Shown here in pieces: positions 9,325-17,057 of a DNA stretch of 45,605 nucleotides. The stretch lies in IMG/VR virus record IMGVR_UViG_2932604667_000002, positions 81,261 to 126,865 of that record; one strand, written 5' to 3'. A model generated the notes under the pieces. That model worked only from the letters and a program-made list of their open reading frames with translations, was not told the DNA's origin and did not search any database. This DNA is from a virus. Lineage: Duplodnaviria; Heunggongvirae; Uroviricota; Caudoviricetes. The translations under genes were made by a program, and so were the position numbers. Each line of letters opens with the position of its first letter. Position 1 is the stretch's first letter.

Positions 9325-10652
9325 CGCCGACCCCGGGAGGCGCGGGAACGGGCCGCGTCGGAGGCATCCGCGTACGCCTCGTCCAGCGCCTCCTCCAGGT
9401 CCTGCTCGATACGCTCCAGTCGCGGGTCACTGCCATATCCCGGCCGCGACCGGATCTGCCGAAGCTCCGCGCTGATCATCTCTACTCGCTCCTGCGCCGG
9501 ATCGTCGTACCAGCCGTTCGTATCCAGCAGCTCTGGAGCTCGGCCCCGCACCGAGTTGTCGAACAGCGCCCACCCTTCGAGCTGATCTTTCAGCTCCTCG
9601 AAGTTCCGGCGGTTCGCCGAGGACCAGTCCGCCACCGCGTTCGCACGGATGACTTCCGGAGGAACGAAGCGGCCGCCCTGCCCCTTGCCTTCGCGGTACC
9701 GCTCCAGCCCGCGCCGGTGCCGCGACAGCGCGCGGGAGACGCTCTCCTCGACGGGGATGTCGACGAACACCGACCGGATATCGAGGTAGCCGGCGTCCCG
9801 CAACTCCTTGATCCGCCGCGCCGTCGAACCCTTGCTCGCCATCGTGATGTCCCAGATCACATTGGTCTTGTTCGCGTACAGCCGCTGCGCGAGCAGATTC
9901 GCGATGTGCCCGGACTCCTCATGGATCAGCGCGGCACCCTCCATCGGCGCGACGCCCTCGACCTTCGGGACCATCCCGCGCTCGGCCATCATCTCCTTGA
10001 CGTCATCGACGTTGATCGTCGCGAAGTCAGCCGAGGACACATCGGCATGGCGTTCGAGGACCGTTGTCTTCCCTGCTCCGCCCAGGCCGCCGGACAGCAG
10101 CGCCCGACCCTCACGCGGCACCGAGGAGTACTTCTCCATCATCTCGTCGACGATCTGCTTGTGCTGGCGGGCACGCTCGGGCGTGTAGGTCTTCCCGTCG
10201 CCGTTCTTGGTGTGGAGCTTGTCGGTGGACAGCCCGTCAGCGAGCGCCTTGTCCAGCCGCTGGCGCAGCTCGGCCGTGTGCTTCTCGTACTGGGCGTCGG
10301 TCAGCGGTGCGTGGCCACCGCCGTCCGGCTTCACATCCGGTGTGACGTCCGGCTTGACATCCGGCTTGCTCTTGTCGAGGGACACCTTGGCACGCGACAC
10401 CGACCGGACGACGCCATCGGCGTCCTCCACCAGGATGCCGCCGTCTGCGGCGCGACCTCGGACCACACCCGGGCCGTGCCCCTCCACCGACACGTGGGAT
10501 CCAACAGTCGCGAACTGTCCGTCCCTGTCCCGCGGGTGCTTGTTCGGATCCCATGCGCGCGAGATCCGCCCCGCCAGGCGCCTCAAGCTGCCCTTGCTCT
10601 CGACCGTGTAGGTCAGGCCGCCCCGCTCCCACCGCAAGCCCTTGTCGTGCAT
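9321..10652 (-). CDS. Zeta-toxin-family P-loop kinase with N-terminal WDPNKHPRDRDGQF extension
   Basis: Walker A GGLGGAGKTT, INVDDVK, ALIHEES, NVIWDIT, GGRFVP motifs. Confidence 0.85.
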   Translation of the reverse strand: MHDKGLRWERGGLTYTVESKGSLRRLAGRISRAWDPNKHPRDRDGQFATVGSHVSVEGHGPGVVRGRAADGGILVEDADGVVRSVSRAKVSLDKSKPDVKPDVTPDVKPDGGGHAPLTDAQYEKHTAELRQRLDKALADGLSTDKLHTKNGDGKTYTPERARQHKQIVDEMMEKYSSVPREGRALLSGGLGGAGKTTVLERHADVSSADFATINVDDVKEMMAERGMVPKVEGVAPMEGAALIHEESGHIANLLAQRLYANKTNVIWDITMASKGSTARRIKELRDAGYLDIRSVFVDIPVEESVSRALSRHRRGLERYREGKGQGGRFVPPEVIRANAVADWSSANRRNFEELKDQLEGWALFDNSVRGRAPELLDTNGWYDDPAQERVEMISAELRQIRSRPGYGSDPRLERIEQDLEEALDEAYADASDAARSRASRGRR

Positions 10653-10681
10653 CCCGCCCCGCCTTCAGATCACCTGCGGCG

Positions 10682-10710
10682 AAGGTAGGGAGGACAGGCA
10701 GGTAGTGTCG
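10682..10710 (-). promoter_or_regulatory. Late promoter L3 (CGACACTA-N15-TACCTT) for zeta-family gene
   Basis: Same spacing and consensus as structural-gene promoters. Confidence 0.65.
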
Positions 10711-10737
10711 CGGGCTGCGACCTCGGCCCGCCCCAGC

Positions 10738-11337
10738 TCAGGCGGCGGCCGCCGCCGGCGAATCGAGACCGAGCACGAACTCGTGCATCGCCTTGATGTG
10801 CCGGGCGTCGGCCAGCGCGTGGTGAGCGACGCCGTCCCGTTCCGGGAGGCGCGGTCCGCCCAGGCGGGCGACCTCCTGTCGTACGTCGTTCGTCCACTTC
10901 GGAATGTCCGACGGCAGCGCGGCCATCGGGCCGAACATCTGCGCCAGGACGACATGGTCGTAGGCGCTGTACCAGCCCCACATTTCGGCATCGGCAGTGG
11001 AGGTGATGAACTGCCGCACCTCGTTGCGGATCACCCATCCTGGCTTCACGACCGGGTCGGTCAGGTCCAGGCGCCCCACGAACGGGGGAGCCATGATCAG
11101 GTGCCGCCCGAGCGGATCATGCAGTGCCGCCGGGTCGAACTTCTCAGGCGCGAACTCCACGAGCGGCAGATGCGGCCAGACGTTCGTCATCAGCCACTCG
11201 TGCTTGTGAACCCGCTCCCAGGGGGCGTCGCTGAACACCGCGTAGTACTCACGCCCGTCCTCGGCCACCATGCCCACAGAGATCGGATCGACCGTTCGGC
11301 CATCCTCAATGAACTCCCAGTCGTGATAGATCCGCAC
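10738..11337 (-). CDS. DEDDh 3'-5' exoribonuclease, Rv2179c/RNase AS-like
   Basis: GTG 11337 with GGAGG; RIYHDWEFIEDGRT, DPISVGMVAEDGREYYAV, WGWYSAYDHVVLAQMFG, HHALADARH motifs. Confidence 0.88.
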   Translation of the reverse strand: MRIYHDWEFIEDGRTVDPISVGMVAEDGREYYAVFSDAPWERVHKHEWLMTNVWPHLPLVEFAPEKFDPAALHDPLGRHLIMAPPFVGRLDLTDPVVKPGWVIRNEVRQFITSTADAEMWGWYSAYDHVVLAQMFGPMAALPSDIPKWTNDVRQEVARLGGPRLPERDGVAHHALADARHIKAMHEFVLGLDSPAAAAA

Positions 11338-11354
11338 ACTGCCTCCCGTCTCGT

Positions 11355-11774
11355 CTATCCCTGGGACCGGCGGCGAGCCGCGTGCGCCGCCTTCAGCACG
11401 CTGACCGCGTGCGCCATCCCCGTCTCGCCCGTCTGCCCCCGCTTCAGATGCGCAGGACGTGGCACCTCGACCGGCCGGCGCCGCCGATGGTCCGACGCCG
11501 TGATCGACACTTCTTCCTTGATCTGCGCCAGGAGCTCGTGTTCGAGCGTCCACTCGCGGGCCTGCCGCAGCCGCTCCCGGATCTCCGGCGTTGTGCGCAC
11601 CAGCGAGTCGTCCGGCAGCCGCACCACGTAGGCGGCGAGCTCGCGGACCCCTATGCGGCCAGGGGTTCCTGCAGGTGCCCAGCAGAGGCGGGCGTCGAGT
11701 CCGAGATGGGCGCGGAAGTCGTAGGCGAGGTCGTCCCACCGTCCGAGGGCGTGGTGGGCTGTGAGGATTCCCCC
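11355..11774 (-). CDS. Tail assembly chaperone, -1 frameshift extension (GT)
   Basis: Open -1 frame entered at GGGGGAA; ends ...AAHAARRRSQG. Confidence 0.75.
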   Translation of the reverse strand, partial: GGILTAHHALGRWDDLAYDFRAHLGLDARLCWAPAGTPGRIGVRELAAYVVRLPDDSLVRTTPEIRERLRQAREWTLEHELLAQIKEEVSITASDHRRRRPVEVPRPAHLKRGQTGETGMAHAVSVLKAAHAARRRSQG

Positions 11775-12220
11775 AGGCCCACTCCGTACCAGCCGACGAG
11801 GGCGCTGATCAGGTCGGCGACGTCCCACGGCGTCGGCCGCATGCCGACAAACGCGGCGTATCCGGCCTCACCGAGGAGTCGCCGCCCCATCTCCTTGACC
11901 GCCTCGATCAGCTCCTTCGGCAGGTCCGGGTTCGCGGCCAGGACGTCGACCACGTAGGAGATCGCAGCCATCCCTGACGTTTCCTGGTCAGTGGCCGACA
12001 TCATCACCAGGGCCTGGCGGACCAGCAGGGCCAGGTCGACGTTCACGTCCTGCAGAGGCTCCAGAACGTCCAGGGCGAATTCCGGCTCCAGTTCGGCGAT
12101 CAGGACGTCGCCGTACTGGAGCCGCAGAACGTCGCCGCGGCCTTCCCGCTTGGCAGCGCGAGCGGCGGCGCGCGCGGCCCGCTTGGCGGCCAGGTCGACG
12201 ACTTCTGGGGTGTAGGGCAT
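11651..12220 (-). CDS. Tail assembly chaperone (G)
   Basis: ATG 12220 with GGAGGGAG; downstream of major tail gene; low-complexity S/T/P tail after the slippery site. Confidence 0.82.
   Translation of the reverse strand: MPYTPEVVDLAAKRAARAAARAAKREGRGDVLRLQYGDVLIAELEPEFALDVLEPLQDVNVDLALLVRQALVMMSATDQETSGMAAISYVVDVLAANPDLPKELIEAVKEMGRRLLGEAGYAAFVGMRPTPWDVADLISALVGWYGVGLGESSQPTTPSDGGTTSPTTSAPISDSTPASAGHLQEPLAA
11768..11774 (-). other. Programmed -1 frameshift slippery heptamer G GGG GAA
   Basis: Same heptamer as the known mycobacteriophage L5 tail chaperone site, in frame as LGES. Confidence 0.85.
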
Positions 12221-12253
12221 GTGTGGGCTCCCTCCGAGTGGGCGATCGGCGAG

Positions 12254-12282
12254 AGCGTAGAAAGGCCGCATGCGTAAGGTCG
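12254..12282 (-). promoter_or_regulatory. Late promoter L4 (CGACCTTA-N15-TACGCT)
   Basis: Motif match upstream of tail chaperone. Confidence 0.75.
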
Positions 12283-12513
12283 CGCCCTGCGGCGAGCGCG
12301 GGCGGCAGGTGGCCGACGTCCAACCCCGGGGACGCCGGCCACCTGGAACCCCTCGGGGTTCGTGCCGCGATTGCGGGGGCGACTCCGTTCTCGCGGCCTG
12401 CCAGGGGACGATAGGGACCCAACCGCCGCAGCTCCGACCCAGGACGCGCCGGCATGTCGGCCCTTTACGGCCCCCAGGAGGGCTCTGGCTGTGGCCCCAA
12501 CCGGGGCCTGATG

Positions 12514-13083
12514 TCAGGGAGTGACGGCGAACGCCGGGTCCGTCGTGAGCAGGTACCAGCTATCGCCGACGTCGGATCCCAGGACGGTCAGCCGCAGAGG
12601 CAGCGTCGACTCACTCGTCTTGTTCAGGCTGACCTCGGCGCCTTCGGCCTGCTCCGCCTTCGGGATCACGAGCCGGTAGGTCTTGCTGCCGTCGATGACC
12701 TCGACGATGCACGCGGTCTGCGTCCGCCCGCCCACCGGGGGAGGAGCGAAACGGTAGTGCGCCGGCGGACCGGCGACGCTGGTGACCGTGCCACCACCGA
12801 ATACCGCCTTGAAGTTGCCCGCGGACCATTCCTGGAGGTCGACCTGCACCTGCACGGTCTCTTCCGTCTGGAAGCGCCGGGTGGGGAAATTCGACTGGTG
12901 CGACCTCACCTCTTCGAAGGAAGGATCCGTCGACCACTGCAAACTGTCGGGGGTGAAGTAGCCGACCTCCTTCCAGTCCGGGTCGAGCGTGCTGGTCGGG
13001 TCAGCGGGCGCGGTGGTGCCTACCGGAGCCAAGTACACGCGCGCGAGCTGCGGGACAACGATGCGGGTCGCATCCACCGCCAT
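12514..13083 (-). CDS. Major tail (tube) protein
   Basis: VYLAPVGT, WKEVGYFTPD, EVIDGSKTYRLVIP motifs typical of actinophage tail tube proteins; precedes chaperones. Confidence 0.88.
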   Translation of the reverse strand: MAVDATRIVVPQLARVYLAPVGTTAPADPTSTLDPDWKEVGYFTPDSLQWSTDPSFEEVRSHQSNFPTRRFQTEETVQVQVDLQEWSAGNFKAVFGGGTVTSVAGPPAHYRFAPPPVGGRTQTACIVEVIDGSKTYRLVIPKAEQAEGAEVSLNKTSESTLPLRLTVLGSDVGDSWYLLTTDPAFAVTP

Positions 13084-13122
13084 GAGGCACTCCGTTGCTC
13101 ATGGGGGTGGGCATCGGCCGCC

Positions 13123-13151
13123 AAGGTACGGAGCGGCGACGGTTAAGGTCG
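13123..13151 (-). promoter_or_regulatory. Late promoter L5 (CGACCTTA-N15-TACCTT)
   Basis: Motif match; leader GCCCACCCCCATGAGC. Confidence 0.78.
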
Positions 13152-13252
13152 CGCCCTGCAGCGGACGGAAAAGAGCAGGTCAGCGATATCGAAGGCGTTC
13201 TTTGCCCTCATGCCATAATTGCGGCGGCAACTACCCCACGAAGGAGACCGTC

Positions 13253-13840
13253 GTGTTCACCCTCGACGAGCTCGACCGGTTACTCACCGATCCCGTCGAC
13301 CGCCGGTTCTTCGCCAAGCTCGCATACGGCGAGGTGCCCGCCCATCAGTCCGACCTCGGCCGCTGCATCATCTGGACGCGCGCCACCAACAAGGACGGCT
13401 ACGGCGCGTTCAAAGACGGCGACGGGAAGACCGTCAACAGCCACCTGTGGCTGTACCGGCGTCTGGTCGGCCCTCTCCCCGAGGGCTACGAGCTGGACCA
13501 CCTGTGCCATCGCCGGGACGTCTGCACACCAGGCCCGACCTGCCCGCACCGGGTATGCGTCATCCACGTCGACCCGGTCACCCAGCTTGAGAACTGGCGC
13601 CGCAGCGGGGCCATCACCGTCATCCACGCCAACCAGGAGATGTGCGAGGGCTACAAGGGCACGTACCACCACCCGCTCAGCGGCGACAACCTGTACATCA
13701 CCCCCGACGGCCGCCGCGAGTGCAGGGCATGCCACCGGATGCGCTGCGAGGACTACCGAGCCCGCCGCAAGATGCTGCTCTCCAAGCTCCGCGACGCCGA
13801 ACTCCGCGCGGCCGGGCAGCTCACCCTCATCGACCTGTAG
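13253..13840 (+). CDS. HNH homing-type endonuclease
   Basis: AAGGAG RBS + GTG; CIIWTRA..DGYG, ELDHLC..R..C, VTQLENWRR, C-terminal NLYITPDGRRECRAC. Confidence 0.88.
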   Translation: MFTLDELDRLLTDPVDRRFFAKLAYGEVPAHQSDLGRCIIWTRATNKDGYGAFKDGDGKTVNSHLWLYRRLVGPLPEGYELDHLCHRRDVCTPGPTCPHRVCVIHVDPVTQLENWRRSGAITVIHANQEMCEGYKGTYHHPLSGDNLYITPDGRRECRACHRMRCEDYRARRKMLLSKLRDAELRAAGQLTLIDL

Positions 13841-13844
13841 CCCG

Positions 13845-14276
13845 TCACGCCGGCACGGGGTGGCAGTAGACGCGCACCTGCGCGAGATACCGCGGCTGCC
13901 CGTTCGGCTCGGGCTGCCAGCTCCCCCCGAGCAGCGACTCGACCTCGGTGATGACCGGGCCGGCCGCCGGCGTCTCCTGCTCCGGCAGCTCCTTCAGTAC
14001 GCCGAGGGCCAGATACAGCAGCCACCGCAGTTGCGCCTTCCCCGGACTGCCGTCGAGGTCGCCGTACGCCTCGATCTGCACGACCGGCGCGAGCAGCCAC
14101 CGCAGATCCCGATCGTCCCCAGGCGGGTCGGTGATCCTGATCCGCGGGTACGGCGGCTTGTTGACCAGCCCGACGCGGTCCACGCCACCCAGCTCGGCGA
14201 CCATCAACGGATGGGCACCAAGCCAGGTGATGACCCGCGGCAGCGGATCCGCGCGGGCCAGGTCGTCAGCGGCCAC
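13845..14276 (-). CDS. Tail terminator-like protein
   Basis: 143 aa; position before major tail; VQIEAYG motif. Confidence 0.7.
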   Translation of the reverse strand: MAADDLARADPLPRVITWLGAHPLMVAELGGVDRVGLVNKPPYPRIRITDPPGDDRDLRWLLAPVVQIEAYGDLDGSPGKAQLRWLLYLALGVLKELPEQETPAAGPVITEVESLLGGSWQPEPNGQPRYLAQVRVYCHPVPA

Positions 14277-14279
14277 CGG

Positions 14280-14516
14280 TCAGGACTTGCCCGACGACTT
14301 GGCCGGAGCGGAACCACCCAGGGCCTGGGTGACCTGAGCAGCGTCCTCCGGATCGACGTGCGCCGCGTACCCCGCGTCAATGATCGCCTGGGCGTACTCC
14401 TGCGGGACTGTGATCTTCGAGCCGGTCGGGTAGTCCTTCTTCGCCTGGGCATGCAGACGCTCCGCCTGCTGTGCCGTCAGCGGGTTCGAGAGAGTGAGCG
14501 TGACCGTGTCCGCCAC
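14280..14516 (-). CDS. Small hypothetical virion-module protein (78 aa)
   Basis: GGAGG + GTG 14516; own late promoter. Confidence 0.65.
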   Translation of the reverse strand: MADTVTLTLSNPLTAQQAERLHAQAKKDYPTGSKITVPQEYAQAIIDAGYAAHVDPEDAAQVTQALGGSAPAKSSGKS

Positions 14517-14547
14517 CAGGGCCTCCAATGCGCGAGTAACGCCGCCG

Positions 14548-14576
14548 AGGATGCCCGCCCGCACCCGTTAAGGTCG
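14548..14576 (-). promoter_or_regulatory. Late promoter L6 (CGACCTTA-N15-CATCCT)
   Basis: Motif match. Confidence 0.65.
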
Positions 14577-14582
14577 CCCCCT

Positions 14583-15164
14583 TCACGTACGGCGAGCCCG
14601 CGCAGAGCGCAGCTCGGCCGCCACGATATCCACCGCCCCGCCGAGGAACCGCGCCGCACGGTCCCCGCTCGTGCCGAACTCGGACTCCTCGATCCGCTCG
14701 AACCGCACCGACACCCGGCCGCGGGCACCCGTCGCTGTCACCGTGACCGGCTCGGCCCGCACCGCCTTGCCGATCGCGCCCGGCCACACCACGGCGATGC
14801 ACCGGCACCGTGTCTTCTGATCCTCTGGCAGGTCGTCGTCTCGCGGCTCGCGCGCCAGCACCCACTCCCCAGGCACGATCTTCATGCCGCCGGCGACGTT
14901 GACCGCCCGCCGGTCTCGCCGCCGCCCTTTCCGGATGTAGACCTGGCGGGCCAGCTTGAACCGGATGTTCTCCGGGATCGTCTGCCCGTCCGCCTTGCGG
15001 TGCGCCGGCCGGACCCGCTCATCGGCCGCCGTAATCCAGACCTTCGCGGCGGGCGCCCGGCGCGCGGCCTCCGCCGCGAGCCGCCGGGTGAGCTCCTGCA
15101 CGGTCGACCGGACCCGCCGCGCCATCATCGCGTTCAGGTCCTGTCGCAGCTCTACGCGGGCCAC
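14583..15164 (-). CDS. HK97 gp10-like neck/tail-completion protein with inserted MuF-like segment
   Basis: AARRAP...SEFGT...RFLGGAV frame of gp10 family; insert KVWITAADERVRPAHRKADGQ...CRC. Confidence 0.7.
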   Translation of the reverse strand: MARVELRQDLNAMMARRVRSTVQELTRRLAAEAARRAPAAKVWITAADERVRPAHRKADGQTIPENIRFKLARQVYIRKGRRRDRRAVNVAGGMKIVPGEWVLAREPRDDDLPEDQKTRCRCIAVVWPGAIGKAVRAEPVTVTATGARGRVSVRFERIEESEFGTSGDRAARFLGGAVDIVAAELRSARARRT

Positions 15165-15197
15165 ACGTCCCCCAAAGAACAGGGGGTGGCAGACACG

Positions 15198-15226
15198 ACA
15201 CTACGGCGACGACCTGGCCGTGGTCG
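15198..15226 (-). promoter_or_regulatory. Late promoter L7, variant (CGACCACG-N15-TAGTGT)
   Basis: Spacing conserved; followed by GCCACCCCC leader motif. Confidence 0.6.
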
Positions 15227-15229
15227 CTG

Positions 15230-15814
15230 TCAGGTGAACCGGACCGCCGGGACGCGCAGCTCCCACGAGTCGGACAGGAACAGATTCCCCAGGTCGTCCA
15301 GCGTCGCCTCATACTGAGACCGGCCCTCCAGCAGGTCCACACCCGCCCGGCGGTACGCCTCGACCACGAACTGAGCAGGCAACAACCGCCCGGTGCTGCT
15401 CACCCGCCGACGCGCCCGAACCGACCGCGCCCCCATCCGGACCAGCATCAACGCCAGGTAGTCCGCCATGCCGTACCGGGTGCCGTCCAACGACAACGCC
15501 GCGCTGGCGATCGCATCGCCCTGCGCGCCGCTCAACGTCCCCGGCCAGCCGTAGGCGACGTATTCGCCGGCGTAGTCGTCACGATGAGAGATCCGCACCC
15601 CGCTCGGCCACGGCTCAATGATCCGCACCCGGTCCAGCACGATGACCGCATGGGTGTAGCGCGTCGACTCCCCGGTCAGCATCTGACCGATCGTCGAGCG
15701 GACATGAGTGAATCCGTAGGAGCAGGTCAACCCGATAGCCCCAGGTGGCGGCGCCCAAGACACGCTCGGAGCGTACGCGCCGCTCCCCGCCGCCGTCGCA
15801 GGACAAACCGCCAT
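15230..15814 (-). CDS. Permuted papain-like NlpC/P60 (YiiX-like) protein, catalytic Cys apparently lost
   Basis: YTHAVIV, IIEPWPSGVR, GTRYG, then LLPAQFVVEAYRRAGVDLL where family has CS.LV..AY..AG. Confidence 0.65.
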   Translation of the reverse strand: MAVCPATAAGSGAYAPSVSWAPPPGAIGLTCSYGFTHVRSTIGQMLTGESTRYTHAVIVLDRVRIIEPWPSGVRISHRDDYAGEYVAYGWPGTLSGAQGDAIASAALSLDGTRYGMADYLALMLVRMGARSVRARRRVSSTGRLLPAQFVVEAYRRAGVDLLEGRSQYEATLDDLGNLFLSDSWELRVPAVRFT

Positions 15815-15835
15815 CTCGGCGACCTTGGACGGCTG

Positions 15836-15889
15836 TTGCCGAAGCCTTTAGATACCGGTACATTCGAGGTGTTGGGAGAGCGACCCGAC
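15836..15889 (+). promoter_or_regulatory. Repeated early promoter/operator/leader cassette E1
   Basis: TTGCCG-17-TACATT, TACCGGTA palindrome, leader GAGGTGTTGGGAGAGCGACCCGAC, then AAGGAG. Confidence 0.85.
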
Positions 15890-15905
15890 CTTAAGGAGAC
15901 TCGTC

Positions 15906-16166
15906 ATGGGTAGGACCTTCACCTACGCCGTCCAGACCACCCACAACGGCGGCCAGACCTGGAACAAGGGCGCCGCCGTCGTCAGCAGCTTCGTCCCCAG
16001 TTACGACCACAACGACGTCGCCGCCTGGCTCGCGGCCACCACCGACATGCGCCGCGACGGCAGCCAGCGCGTGGCCGTCTGGCTCGGCTGCCACCGCAAG
16101 ACCCCGCACTACCCGCCGATCGTCACCTGCGTGCCCGGCGAGCAGCCGCGCCAGATGCCGAACTGA
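15906..16166 (+). CDS. Hypothetical protein
   Basis: First gene after E1, good RBS. Confidence 0.75.
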   Translation: MGRTFTYAVQTTHNGGQTWNKGAAVVSSFVPSYDHNDVAAWLAATTDMRRDGSQRVAVWLGCHRKTPHYPPIVTCVPGEQPRQMPN

Positions 16167-16426
16167 TGCGAATCCAGCTCCCGTACGTCAACTGCGTCGA
16201 CTGCGCAGGCCAGATCATCCCGCCCCTGTTCGCAATCCAGGGGCGGGATGCCCTTATCTGCCTCTTCTGCGGCGTCGCCAGGTCCAGGGACGGCCAGGGC
16301 CACACCATCGTCCCCCTCAAGGCCGCCGACGAAAGCCCCAGCTACGGCTTCGCCCCCGCCATGGACCAGTTCGACGCAGCCGCCCTCGTCTGCCGCCTCG
16401 GCGGCACCGTCCTGGAGGACCAGTGA
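16166..16426 (+). CDS. Hypothetical protein with two CxxC motifs (Zn ribbon)
   Basis: CVDC and CLFC; TGATG coupling. Confidence 0.7.
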   Translation: MRIQLPYVNCVDCAGQIIPPLFAIQGRDALICLFCGVARSRDGQGHTIVPLKAADESPSYGFAPAMDQFDAAALVCRLGGTVLEDQ

Positions 16427-16749
16427 CCGACGAGTACATCCCGTTCCATCACGAGCACCCCCTCCACGGCCAGCCCGGCCAGCGCGCATTCTTCACCCGC
16501 GACAGCGTGCTCCCGGCCGCCGACCTCGTCGGCCGCACCGTCACCCTCGCCGGCAAGGACGGCCAGGTCTACGACAAGACCGTCGTCACCGCCTGCGACG
16601 GCCGCACCCTCACCCTCAACGGCGGCCGCATCGCCTGGCCCTACCAGCCCTACTGGGAGCCCACGCCGATCACCGAGGTGTCCGTCCCCACCTGGGAGAT
16701 CGCCCGCGGCCGCCTCTTCCCCGACCAGCAGGAGGACACCACGTCATGA
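16423..16749 (+). CDS. Hypothetical protein (paralog of 16746-17057)
   Basis: GTGA overlap; DLVGRTVTLAG..G..Y..T.V.A.DG motif. Confidence 0.75.
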   Translation: MTDEYIPFHHEHPLHGQPGQRAFFTRDSVLPAADLVGRTVTLAGKDGQVYDKTVVTACDGRTLTLNGGRIAWPYQPYWEPTPITEVSVPTWEIARGRLFPDQQEDTTS

Positions 16750-17057
16750 CCACACCCGGCGCCGAGACCAACTTCGGCCAAGCCCAGCGCACCCCCGGCG
16801 GATGGAGTCTCCCCGCCGACACCGGACAGATCCCCGTGCTCGACCTCGTCGGCAAGACCGTCACCATCGTCGGCGTGAGCGGCCTGACCTGGAAGCAGAC
16901 CACGGTCATCGCCGTAGACGGTGACGCGCTCGACATCGAGGGCGGCACCCTCGACTTCATCCGCAACCCCGTCCGCGAGCCCCGCACGGTCGGCTTCACC
17001 CGCCTGTTCGCCAGGGACATCGCCGGCGGCTGCATCCACCACGGGGAGGCCAAATGA
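16746..17057 (+). CDS. Hypothetical protein (paralog of 16423-16749)
   Basis: GGAGG + ATG 16746; DLVGKTVTIVG..G..W..T.V.A.DG motif. Confidence 0.75.
   Translation: MTTPGAETNFGQAQRTPGGWSLPADTGQIPVLDLVGKTVTIVGVSGLTWKQTTVIAVDGDALDIEGGTLDFIRNPVREPRTVGFTRLFARDIAGGCIHHGEAK

Noticed and set aside
10321-10370. 12-bp tandem repeat encoding KPDV
   Set aside because: Simple linker repeat within the zeta gene, no independent function evident
11988-12455. ORF MPARPGSEL... upstream of tail chaperone
   Set aside because: Overlaps the chaperone gene and promoter L4 out of frame; not protein-like
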